Source of the DNA: Octopus bimaculoides
Lineage: Eukaryota
Length of the DNA stretch: 39,250 bases
Direction of reading: 5' to 3'
Assembly: GCF_001194135.2 (NCBI RefSeq)
Contig: NC_069002.1
Coordinates: 16,748,523-16,787,772 of the forward strand
A program made the position numbers and the translations under genes. The notes below the pieces were generated by a model. The model saw nothing but the letters and a program-made list of their open reading frames with translations, was not told where the DNA came from and made no database searches. This document shows positions 1 to 11,039 of the stretch, one piece after another. How positions within the stretch are numbered: position 1 is the first letter of the stretch; each line of letters opens with the position of its first letter.

Positions 1-21
1 CATACATATATATATATATGA

Positions 22-80
22 AGAATAATAATAAATGGAGCAAAACGCGTAACGCGTTTTGCTCCATTTATTATTATTCT
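22..80. repeat. Perfect 29-bp inverted repeat with 1-nt centre (palindrome)
   Basis: 22-50 AGAATAATAATAAATGGAGCAAAACGCGT, centre A at 51, and 52-80 is the exact reverse complement. Pairing extends to 16-86 with one mismatch. Confidence 0.97.
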
Positions 81-271
81 ACATATCAAAATACATAACT
101 TTAACATGGAATTTCTACCCATTAACCGAGTATGATATCTCAGTTTTTGTATGATTTTTGCTACCCTGGTAATTGTTAACATATTTACATTATCGAAAAT
201 TTTTCAACAAAGATAATATTAATATATACATATATATACATACATACATATATATATATGTATACATACAT

Positions 272-325
<54 letters not shown>

Positions 326-336
326 ATGACTTTTTA

Positions 337-395
337 AATGGCGGTGCCCCATCATGATCACAGCTCATGAGCTGAAACTAGATAAAATGGAAAAA
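337..395 (+). mobile_element. 3' tail fragment of SINE family B
   Basis: GGCGGTGCCCCATCATGATCACAGCTCATGAGCTGAAAC resembles the tails at 25423-25476 and 33995-34055 (GGTGGTGCTCCAGCATGACCGCAG...TGAAAC). Confidence 0.55.
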
Positions 396-795
396 AATTA
401 TACATGTGCGTGTATGAATCTCTGTGTGTAAATGTACATGTATATTTATAAAGTTACTGTTGCAGTTATCCTGCCACAATATAATATCCGTTTTTATACA
501 TGGCTCTACTTAAAGAATCCTGTAAAATGCAAAAACGAATGATATATAAATATGTGTGTGTACGTATGTATATGTATGTATATATGTATTTATCCATACA
601 CCTATCAATCTATATATCTATATATGTATATCATCCACACACATTCTTCCTCTCTTTAATGCATAAGAACTTGTTACTGATTTAGCGACAGTGGAACAAA
701 AGACTGTTGGCCACTGTAGGATTTTCACAGAAAACGATCAGAACCGAAATTAAGAATATGACTACACATTCTTCATATTGGCAAAATAAGTTACC

Positions 796-812
796 TAGCA
801 GAATTCATTATT

Positions 813-868
<56 letters not shown>

Positions 869-1151
869 CTAAATGNNNNNNNNNNNNNNNNNNNNNNNNN
901 NNNNNNNNNNNNNNNNNNNNNNNNNNNNNNNNNNNNNNNNNNNNNNNNNNNNNNNNNNNNNNNNNNNNNNNNNNNNNNNNNNNNNNNNNNNNNNNNNNNN
1001 NNNNNNNNNNNNNNNNNNNNNNNNNNNNNNNNNNNNNNNNNNNNNNNNNNNNNNNNNNNNNNNNNNNNNNNNNNNNNNNNNNNNNNNNNNNNNNNNNNNN
1101 NNNNNNNNNNNNNNNNNNNNNNNNNNNNNNNNNNTAGCAGAATTCATTATT

Positions 1152-1204
<53 letters not shown>

Positions 1205-1211
1205 CTAAATG
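796..1211. repeat. (TAG)n microsatellite with flanks, duplicated on both sides of an N-gap (probable false duplication)
   Basis: 796-875 and 1135-1211 both read TAGCAGAATTCATTATTG(TAG)nTCTAAATG; they are 80 and 77 nt long, differing by one TAG unit. Confidence 0.9.
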
Positions 1212-1245
1212 TTTGTCAAGGTTTTGCAATTTTGGGAGAAGAAGG

Positions 1246-1895
1246 TCAGTCGATAATTTTGACCCCGACCCCGAAAGGTTGAAAAGTAAAGTAGACACAG
1301 AAAGAATACAAGAAAAGATATGATAACCTAGTGAGAATAATCCACTGTGAGTTATGTAGAAAGTTATGATTTGACTTTACTGGTAAATGGTATGAACATG
1401 ATCCTAGTAAAGTGCTCGAAAGTAAGAAATATAAGATGTTGTGGGATTTTAACATTCGGACTGACAGAGTAATAGAAGCTAGAACGCATGGTTTAGTAGT
1501 AGTTTTCAAAGAGAATAAGGAATACCAGACAATAGATTTTATAGTCCCAAATGATGAGAAAGTGAATATGAAAAATAAAGACAAAATAGCAAAGCATCAA
1601 CCATTGAGTTACAGAGGTTAGAGAAAGTTAGCGTAAAATGTATCCCTGTCGTTATAGGTGCATTAGGAATTATCCTTAGAAGATTTGAACAAACTGGATA
1701 GAGGAAATAGGCATAAAACCTAGTTTAGTGCAGCCCCAGAGAGCAGTGTTATTAGGGACAACTAGAATATTTAGGAAGGTTCTCGTCATTTACAGTTACT
1801 TGTTGTGGGCAGAAACCGAACACAGAACGAAGCAGCAAATGAAATACCGCTAAGCATTTCGCCCGGTGTGCTAACGATTCTGCCAGCTCGCCGTT
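1246..1895 (-). mobile_element. SINE family A copy split in two (head 1807-1895, body 1246-1295) by a LINE fragment
   Basis: On the minus strand, 1895-1807 reads GGCGAGCTGGCAGAATCGTTAGCACACCGGGCGAAATGCTTAGCGGTATTTC... and 1295-1246 reads GTCTACTTTACTTTTCAACCTTTCGGGGTCG. These match consecutive parts of the intact copy at 30018-30150. Confidence 0.75.
1296..1806 (+). mobile_element. R4/Dong-type non-LTR retrotransposon 3' fragment, restriction-like endonuclease domain (decayed)
   Basis: Translation QKEYKKRYDNLVRIIHCELC..KWYEHDPSKVLESKKYKMLWDFNIRTDRVIEART..IDFIVPNDEKV..then, after a frameshift, CIPVVIGALG. This fits the RH(D/N)..HW.LC / WY.H.P / LWDF.I.TD / RPD / ID..P.D / PVVIGALG series of R4/Dong RLE domains. 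It contains stops and frameshifts. Confidence 0.88.
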
Positions 1896-1930
1896 TTAAT
1901 AATAATAATGATAATGATAATAATAATAAT

Positions 1931-2009
1931 GGTTTCAAATTTTCCAACAAGGGCAGCAGTTTTGGGGATGAGTCGATTACATCGACCCCAGTTTTCAACT
2001 AGCACCTAT

Positions 2010-2012
<3 letters not shown>
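1931..2012 (-). mobile_element. SINE family A 3' fragment between (AAT)n tracts
   Basis: The reverse complement contains CTGGGGTCGATGTAATCGACT and a TTG(T/G)..AAAATTTGAAACC tail, as at 30530-30598 and 15329-15400. Confidence 0.7.
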
Positions 2013-2050
<38 letters not shown>

Positions 2051-2087
2051 TGATGATGATGATGATAATAATAATAATAATAATAGT

Positions 2088-2458
2088 AACCATGGCACTC
2101 CGACGAGGGTTCCAGTTGATCCGATCAACGAAACAGCTTGCTCGTGAAATTAACGTGCAAGTGGCTGAGCACTCCACAGACACATGTATCCTTAACGTAG
2201 TTCCCGGGGAGATTCAGCGTGACAGAGACTGTTACAAGGCTGGCCCTTTGAAATACAGGTACAACAGAAACAAGAAAGAGTGAGAGAAAGCTGTGGTGAA
2301 AGAGTACAGCAGGGTTCGCCACCACACCCTGCCGGAGTCTAGCGGAGATTTGGGTGTTTTTGCTCAATAAACACTCACAACGCCCGGTCTAGGAATCGAA
2401 ACCGCGATCCTATGACCGCGAGTCCGCTGCCCTAACCACAGGGCCATTGCGCCTCCAC
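2088..2458 (-). mobile_element. tRNA-derived SINE family C, near full length
   Basis: The minus-strand head GGAGGCGCAATGGCCCTGTGGTTAGGGCAGCGGACTCGCGGTCATAGGATCGCGGTTTCGATTCC has Pol III A-box and B-box-like motifs. The body TGCTCGTGAAATTAACGTGCAAGTGGCTGAGCACTCCACAGACA recurs at 26275-26320. Confidence 0.85.
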
Positions 2459-3414
2459 AACAATANNNNNNNNNNNNNNNNNNNNNNNNNNNNNNNNNNN
2501 NNNNNNNNNNNNNNNNNNNNNNNNNNNNNNNNNNNNNNNNNNNNNNNNNNNNNNNNNNNNNNNNNNNNNNNNNNNNNNNNNNNNNNNNNNNNNNNNNNNN
2601 NNNNNNNNNNNNNNNNNNNNNNNNNNNNNNNNNNNNNNNNNNNNNNNNNNNNNNNNNNNNNNNNNNNNNNNNNNNNNNNNNNNNNNNNNNNNNNNNNNNN
2701 NNNNNNNNNNNNNNNNNNNNNNNNNNNNNNNNNNNNNNNNNNNNNNNNNNNNNNNNNNNNNNNNNNNNNNNNNNNNNNNNNNNNNNNNNNNNNNNNNNNN
2801 NNNNNNNNNNNNNNNNNNNNNNNNNNNNNNNNNNNNNNNNNNNNNNNNNNNNNNNNNNNNNNNNNNNNNNNNNNNNNNNNNNNNNNNNNNNNNNNNNNNN
2901 NNNNNNNNNNNNNNNNNNNNNNNNNNNNNNNNNNNNNNNNNNNNNNNNNNNNNNNNNNNNNNNNNNNNNNNNNNNNNNNNNNNNNNNNNNNNNNNNNNNN
3001 NNNNNNNNNNNNNNNNNNNNNNNNNNNNNNNNNNNNNNNNNNNNNNNNNNNNNNNNNNNNNNNNNNNNNNNNNNNNNNNNNNNNNNNNNNNNNNNNNNNN
3101 NNNNNNNNNNNNNNNNNNNNNNNNNNNNNNNNNNNNNNNNNNNNNNNNNNNNNNNNNNNNNNNNNNNNNNNNNNNNNNNNNNNNNNNNNNNNNNNNNNNN
3201 NNNNNNNNNNNNNNNNNNNNNNNNNNNNNNNNNNNNNNNNNNNNNNNNNNNNNNNNNNNNNNNNNNNNNNNNNNNNNNNNNNNNNNNNNNNNNNNNNNNN
3301 NNNNNNNNNNNNNNNNNNNNNNNNNNNNNNNNNNNNNNNNNNNNNNNNNNNNNNNNNNNNNNNNNNNNNNNNNNNNNNNNNNNNNNNNNNNNNNNNNNNN
3401 NNNNNNNNNNNNNN

Positions 3415-3468
<54 letters not shown>

Positions 3469-4566
3469 TGTATATATACACGCACATGCACATGTATATG
3501 TATGTATGTATATATGTATATATAAATAAGTGTGTGTGGGTATGTGTGTGTGTGTGTGTAAATGTATATACGTGTACACAAACATACAAACATAAGATAA
3601 TCTACTTACTTTAAGTATGAAAGGTTACTGGAAGAATTTGTAAATTTACGTTCTTGACGATCTCTGGTTTTGATAAAGACTCGAAAGAACGGCTCTTTAT
3701 CGGTAGTTTTCTTTAAATACCAACACCCACTACCACCATCACCACCATGAACCCCCCGTGAATACCCAGGCCATCAACCCCACCCTACCACCAGAACCGT
3801 CGTCATGTGTCCACCATTATTGATCACGTGGTATACAAAAATGAGCTCCGTAAAAACACCGTAGAGTTTCTTATGTTTCGCAATGATCCTCTCTGTTTTC
3901 TTAGGATTGTTGTTGTTGTTGTTGTTACCATCATCATCATCATTGATGTATATATTCTGGAGCCCATAGACGAAACGATCAATTGTCTTGGAAAGCTAAA
4001 CATCTATGTGAAGGCGGCGTAGCCCTCCCAGTGGTGGTGGTGGTGGTGGCAGTGGGATGAACTATCGCTGCGGCATCGGCAACGACGAAGACGATGGACG
4101 GCCTTGTCTGAAGTTTCCGGTCGTAGATTCATTTTGCAGAAGTAATTATTGCTCAACCATGATATTAAGGGATGTGTAAGGTCTAGAGCGACCGGCCGAA
4201 GCCCACCTTGGAGTTTAGGGACCACCTAAGAAGCGCAAAATAACCGAAACTTTCCCTACAGTTTGCATTAGCCTACACGGCATATTTTTGTTTGATGTCA
4301 ATGATTTAAATATCAATTATTAAAATTGCACGAGGAATCCATTATTATCTCAAAAGGGCAAATAACGAAATGCTACAAAACACTAATAATAGCTTTAAAA
4401 AATCTTGAGTAAAACATATGTAAAATTGTTTTTATTGCAACTCGACTTAATCCCACACGCGCGCAAATACAGATACTTACACACACACGTACACATAGAA
4501 ATTCATAAATAAATTGCCACACATACGCACGCACATATACATATATACATACATACATACATACAT

Positions 4567-4608
<42 letters not shown>

Positions 4609-5209
4609 NNNNNNNNNNNNNNNNNNNNNNNNNNNNNNNNNNNNNNNNNNNNNNNNNNNNNNNNNNNNNNNNNNNNNNNNNNNNNNNNNNNNNNNNNNNN
4701 NNNNNNNNNNNNNNNNNNNNNNNNNNNNNNNNNNNNNNNNNNNNNNNNNNNNNNNNNNNNNNNNNNNNNNNNNNNNNNNNNNNNNNNNNNNNNNNNNNNN
4801 NNNNNNNNNNNNNNNNNNNNNNNNNNNNNNNNNNNNNNNNNNNNNNNNNNNNNNNNNNNNNNNNNNNNNNNNNNNNNNNNNNNNNNNNNNNNNNNNNNNN
4901 NNNNNNNNNNNNNNNNNNNNNNNNNNNNNNNNNNNNNNNNNNNNNNNNNNNNNNNNNNNNNNNNNNNNNNNNNNNNNNNNNNNNNNNNNNNNNNNNNNNN
5001 NNNNNNNNNNNNNNNNNNNNNNNNNNNNNNNNNNNNNNNNNNNNNNNNNNNNNNNNNNNNNNNNNNNNNNNNNNNNNNNNNNNNNNNNNNNNNNNNNNNN
5101 NNNNNNNNNNNNNNNNNNNNNNNNNNNNNNNNNNNNNNNNNNNNNNNNNNNNNNNNNNNNNNNNNNNNNNNNNNNNNNNNNNNNNNNNTTTTTTATATAT
5201 ATACATACA

Positions 5210-5241
<32 letters not shown>

Positions 5242-5324
5242 CACTCACACATACACACACACATATATATATATATAGACGCACACATATGCATGTATAT
5301 ATAAAAAAATTCATGATTGTCAGA

Positions 5325-5467
<143 letters not shown>

Positions 5468-5809
5468 CTGCGCACAATGACCACCGAGGATCGAATACCT
5501 TGTTTGTGCTTATATTTTTCATATAATGTTCAAGTATGGATATGCAACTAATAAGTGAACGTAAATATAAATAGGAATCTTTAAGTCTATATGTACAGTT
5601 TCATCGACCTTTCGTACATGACACTTCCTTTATCCATTCGTAAACTGGCTTAGCAATTTCTGAATTACTGGGTTCGAGTCCAGGGGCAGCCTTCCATTTT
5701 TTATATCCAAAAGGGTTTTTGAACCCAATATTTACATGCTATTATTTATAACTTTATATGTGTTACGAAATCCAGTGCCAGAAAGAAATTATGTCGTGTA
5801 GTATCGAAA

Positions 5810-5965
5810 GCTTATAAACAAGAACCACTCCAAAAACACGTTGGGAAACAAGAAAAGGATAAGATACAATAAGTAGAATATAATATATAAGATTAAATGT
5901 AGAACGCGTAGAAATCAAGGTAGAAATTAGCAAAGAATTCTGCAGAAGAAACAAACGTCCAGTTC
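5810..5965 (+). mobile_element. Isolated R4/Dong RT C-terminal fragment, diverged paralog of 7330-7480
   Basis: AAACAAGAACCA..GATAAGATACAATAAGTAGAA..AGATTAAAT..GTAGAAAT.AAGGTAGAAATTAGCAAAGAAT.CTGCAGAAGA.ACAAAC aligns by eye with 7332-7475. Confidence 0.7.
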
Positions 5966-6129
5966 TAAAGAACAAATGAATAAAAGCACTAATCCCAACC
6001 CCTGGGATAATCTTAATCCGAATGCTAACGAACAGAATATTCTGATCTATTCACTATAGTTGTAGTGCAAAAGAAAACTAGAGATTATTACTTATAATGT
6101 CAGATCCGCCTCAACTACCCCGACTCTGC

Positions 6130-7600
6130 CAAAAGGATATGCAAGTGGAAAAAAAGAACTATTACTTTATTACTTTGAGGAATAGAAAAGAAGACAGACA
6201 GCATTAAAAGGAACCCAAAAATACATAAAATAAAAAGTAGGACCATGAAGTAAAAAGAAAAAAAATTAAACAAAGCAACAACATTCACTTTGAAAAGAAT
6301 GAAGTTTTCCGAGGAAAATGGGGCATTGAGAACGTCAGAAATAACAACAACAACAAACTTAATATTAGATGTTGGAAATCCCAAGTATTCTAAGTGGAAT
6401 GTGGTAGAAGTAAAGAATAGAATAATACCGGCTTTAACTGGCAAGGAAATCACCAATATCTGTGCGAAGCACACGACCTGTCCCTATGGGTCTATAGCGA
6501 AAGATTTCAGTTAACTGGTCTGCAAATCGAAATTAATAGATAAATGGCTGCTAGGAGGAAAACGTTAATTCCAAAAATAAATATAGATATAAATATAAAA
6601 CACCAAAGATCACCAAAAGTTTAGATTTTGCTTGACAACAATATACAAAGCTCATACGTCGATACTTTAGAAGAGGTTTATTATTCACCTGGAGAGTTTT
6701 AGTATATTGCCAAAGGGCTGAAAGGTTAGCGAAAAGAGATATTTAGTTCTAAAGAGCTGCTGCGAGTGAAACGAGATAGAAAAGAAGATAGCAAAAATAG
6801 GAAAACAAAGCTTAGCATGGCTGGGATTGAGTAGCATAAAGTATTTAATAGTCTATCATATCTTTGGATATAGGAGATACTCTATGTAAATAAAACAGCT
6901 CCATTGCTAACAATGTATTTTAATAATTTCGTGTCGAAATGGAAAACAATCCCATTACTACAACGTAAAGAGAAGATAACCAAAACCAATGATTACTTAT
7001 CAAATGAGACTCATTATCTAATTATTCAGAGATTACTAATTATCTGCACCTATTAGTTAGGCAAGCACTGACTGCATTAGTGAAACTGTTGAACGAAGCC
7101 ATCAATGTTTACGCTACAGACGAACTATAAACTATTTCTTTTTATAAGGAAGATATAGAAACATTTACAAACAATTATGCCTATCTGGCAAACAAACTAA
7201 AAATTCTTCATAAATTGAACAAAGACATAAAAGTGAGTACAGGATTAGACAAATGTGCTGAAGCTGCTATAAAAACAGCTAGATCTACTGAAACTGAGAA
7301 TATTAAAACACCGAGAATGAAATTAAAGAATTAAACAAGAACCAGCCCCAAAATGTTTTGGAATGCAAGAAAATGATAAGATACAATAAGTAGAAAATAA
7401 TATATGAGATTAAATACAGAATGTGTAGAAATAAAGGTAGAAATTAGCAAAGAATACTGCAGAAGAGACAAACTTAATGAAATCATTGCAAAGAGTGAGA
7501 TAATATGTATAAATATACTGGCCATCTCAAGTATAGATTAGTTTCGACATGTTAAACTGTGTGAATTGAGGATCAAAAATTACAAAACAAAACAAGGGAA
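6130..7600 (+). mobile_element. Heavily decayed R4/Dong-type reverse transcriptase region
   Basis: Remnant motifs appear in the expected order across frameshifts: CLTTIYK (~6628), LSMAGIE*HKVFNSLSYLWI (~6811, corresponding to LSMAWIDYxKAFDSVPHSWI), ALTALVKLLNE (~7065), GLDKCA (~7242), GMQENDKIQ..KVEISKEYCRR (~7358-7468), ICINILAI (~7502). Many stops. Confidence 0.78.
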
Positions 7601-7729
7601 CGATTGATAGTAATTTGAAGCTACTACTCTGCGCCGGGTGTTAGAACACCTGAGAGTCATAGACAGGCGCGATGCTTTGAGAGATTATTCTCCTCTGTGC
7701 CAAATTGTAATCAAACGGAAAATTCCATC

Positions 7730-8693
7730 TCTCGAATTTCCCTCTGCCATCTCTGATGCTTCCGTAAACTTCCTCGATATGTCTCTCTCTATTGATCCCC
7801 TCACTCATTCTCTCACCACCTCCGCCGTCTTTAAACCCACGGACTCCACCTCTACCTCAACTATTCCTCTTCCCATCCCTCCGACACCAAACAGGCCATC
7901 CCCTAGCCCCAGTTCCTCCGCCTCCGACGCCTGTGCAACCGGGACCAGGATTTCAAGACTTAGTCCCAATACTTGTCCCTCTTCTTCCTGCGTCGCGAAT
8001 ACCCTTCCACACTTGTCCAAACTGCCCTTACCTGCGCTCGTCAAACCGATCGCATTAACGCCCTCTCATCATCCCCACACTGATCCCCCAACCGCATCCC
8101 CTTCCCCTCCTTTTCCACCCCTCCACCTTACCCCTTCGTCGGAAGATCCTACGGGCCTTCCATCGCCTCCAGCTAGATCCCACCACCCTCCCTATTTTCC
8201 CTAACCCAACCTTGGCCTCCTTCAAACACGCCCGTAACCTACGCGACTTATTGGTCTGTAGCTCTCTCTCCCTCCATTCCAACCCACCCTGGATCCTTCC
8301 CTTGCTCCAGACCCCGTTGCCACACCTGTCCTTTCATCACGAACACCACCTCCCTCACTTGATCCAACCAACACACCCTCTACATTAGGAACTCTTTCTC
8401 TTGCACTTCTTCAAGTTTCATTTTTTGCGTCAGGTGCAATCCTTGCAATAAACTTTACGTTGGTCAGTCAGACCACCGGCTAGCCGACCGGTTCACCGAA
8501 CACCTACGAGACGTACGTCTACGTAAGAACACTCCCTATCGCCTGTCATTTTCACATGACCGATCGCTCTACCTCAGACCTCACCGTCCTACACCATCGA
8601 TCCACCAACTCTAGACTCCGCCAGGAACAGCGTTACATTTTCACTCTACCTACTCAAACTCCTTTCGCACTCAACACAAACCCCTTCCTCTCA
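7730..8693 (+). mobile_element. Penelope-like retroelement, 5'-truncated and decayed: RT C-terminus/thumb, Cys-rich linker and GIY-YIG endonuclease
   Basis: Stitched translation: ISDASVNFLDMSLSI..FKPTDS/HLYLNYSSSHPSDTKQAIP*PQFLRLRRLC..FFLRREYP..FKHARNLRDLLV..PCSRPRCHTCPFI..CTSSSFIFCVRCNPCNKLYVGQSDHRLADRFTEHLRDV..IACHF..RLRQEQRYIFTL. YVGQ is at 8456-8467. There are several stops and at least three frameshifts. Confidence 0.93.
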
Positions 8694-8699
8694 GGGACT

Positions 8700-9380
8700 T
8701 TCTCCACACACCATTTTGTAAAAAAAACATTTTACTCAATCTTTTTTATTCGTAATTTATTTTTTATAATTTTTTTATAATTTTTATTTATTTCTGTTAC
8801 CGAATCTTTTTTCCTTTTTTCTTCTGTTACTGATTTATTCACATTTATTTTTTTTTATTATTACTAATTTTTATTTTTATTTTATTTATTTGTATTATTT
8901 GTATCATTTATTTTCATTTTTCATAATTATTTTTCACTATTTATTTGTATTATTTTATATATTCCTATACTGCACACCACACACACACTACACACACACA
9001 CACACACACACAACCGCACGCAAAAACACACACGCACACATACACACACGCACACACACATAAACGCATATATACCTCCACACGAATACAATCCTCCACA
9101 CACAACACACACACAAAGCACACGCACATCCTCATACGCACATCCTCATATGCACACACCCTCTCTCACATACACATCCCCACACGAACACACGTACACA
9201 CACACATATATATTCAGTGACAGAGAGAGACACACATACGCACCCATACACATGTGCACACACAGTTATTGTCACACACACATGCTACCATACACACACA
9301 CGCTACCACACATACATACACACATCCAGACACACACACGCTACCACACACACACACACACATACATACTGAACATTTTC
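8700..9380. repeat. T-rich low-complexity tract followed by degenerate (CA)n
   Basis: Directly visible; lies between the Penelope ORF end and the pLTR-like segment. Confidence 0.9.
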
Positions 9381-9645
9381 ACACTCTTCTATTCCAGAAA
9401 GCACTTTCCTTCTTTCCTTCTACTTCCGGTCACTTCAGAAATGTAACAGCACGTGATTGTCAGCGATGTTTTTTCCTCCTTCATCCTGGATTTCCCAGTT
9501 TTTCCTGTTTTCCAATGAGAGCTACGCCCGAAATGTAAAACTACTATTCTTTTCCTTCTCTGAGCGTCTTATTAATACACTGCTCATGCTACGTCCGCAC
9601 GTTTGTTTGTTCTTTTCTTTTATCTTTTCTCTGTGTTTTTTTAAT
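9381..9645 (+). mobile_element. Probable Penelope pseudo-LTR (pLTR) segment
   Basis: It lies downstream of the GIY-YIG ORF in the same orientation. It shares its motif order (GAGC..GC(T/C)C GAAA ..TAAAA.TACT..AGCGT..TAATA..ACGT..T-rich) with the minus-strand copy at 36022-36160. Confidence 0.55.
9507..9541 (+). ncRNA. Degenerate minimal (type I) hammerhead ribozyme motif
   Basis: GTTT(T) - CCAATGA (5/7 to CUGAUGA) - GAGC TAC GCCC (helix II, one mismatch) - GAAA - TGT - A (cleavage position) - AAAC (helix I partner). Confidence 0.5.
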
Positions 9646-10257
9646 TAACTACATATATATATATATATATATATATANNNNNNNNNNNNNNNNNNNNNNN
9701 NNNNNNNNNNNNNNNNNNNNNNNNNNNNNNNNNNNNNNNNNNNNNNNNNNNNNNNNNNNNNNNNNNNNNNNNNNNNNNNNNNNNNNNNNNNNNNNNNNNN
9801 NNNNNNNNNNNNNNNNNNNNNNNNNNNNNNNNNNNNNNNNNNNNNNNNNNNNNNNNNNNNNNNNTATATATACATAGCGTTCATATACACATAATTTTTC
9901 ACGTCTGGCCGCATAGCCTTTTCCGTTTGTTTTCCTGTCTTGTTTTTTGTCCGCCACTACATTCCTCCATGGCACAGGTTTAATTTGTGTATACAAATTT
10001 AATTTGCGGTCCATGGGAAGAGCCGTTTTAACGATGCGTCCTGCCCAGCTCTTCGAAACGCCGGTGTTAAAATGGGGGTAACTGCTGAAGGAAAATGTTC
10101 TCTATGTGGTTTGTGTGTTTTCTGTACTCTGGTTATTATTATTTTCTTGTCTACGTTTTGTTTGCAATGTCCTGTACCCAGATATGCACCTATATATACA
10201 GGTAGACGTAGGTATGCACATACCTGTACGTATATATGCATATACTCATTTATTATT

Positions 10258-10293
<36 letters not shown>

Positions 10294-10786
10294 ACATATA
10301 TATAAAGACAGACAAACGGGCGTATAATTCTTGCTTGATCTGTGCAATCGCGTTATTCTCTTCTGATATGGATATAGTTACTTTGCCGCACGGAGCTATC
10401 AAAATCTTTGATCGTTGTTAATTTTACGTTACCTTGTATTGTACACCTGCAATATAGAATCAGTAGTGAACTTCCTTGTGAAATACGTATTGCTATATCA
10501 ACCAGTAATCAATTAACCAATACAGCTGTAAAGATGAGACTTCATTACATCATGTTATTTGTATATGCTGCTTTTCATATAAATACGTTCTTTACATCCT
10601 CTTATTATTTGCCGTTCTAGTTCGAACTCGTTTGATGAGGGTTATTCTCATAGCCAATTATACCGAACGCTGATGAAGAAGTTGGTATTTAAGACATTAC
10701 CTGACTACCTATATCACGCGTACATAAATATTTTATAACTCATTCTACTCTGTGCGTGTGTGTGTGTGTGTGTATGTGTGCGTGTA

Positions 10787-10834
<48 letters not shown>

Positions 10835-11039
10835 CGTGTGTGCGTGTGCGTGTGTGCGCACGTGTGCGCGTTTATGTGTGTATAAACATATATGAGAGAA
10901 AATTGAAAACTAACCACACTGAAGAAAATTATTTAGACGAGGACAAAAAGAAGTTTCTTAAAAAAATCAAAACAAACCATATATCGAAACTGAATTCCAA
11001 AATAATCCAAAGAAAAACGTGATAGAATAAATCATTTCT

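Noticed and set aside
5643-5695. tRNA-like segment with GGGTTCGAGTCC
   Set aside because: It has a B-box only and no cloverleaf, so it is at most a decayed SINE head, not a tRNA gene.
7638-8204. 188-aa Pro/Ser-rich ORF as an intact gene
   Set aside because: Only ~7735-7845 is in the Penelope RT frame; the rest is an off-frame reading of the C-rich pseudogene.
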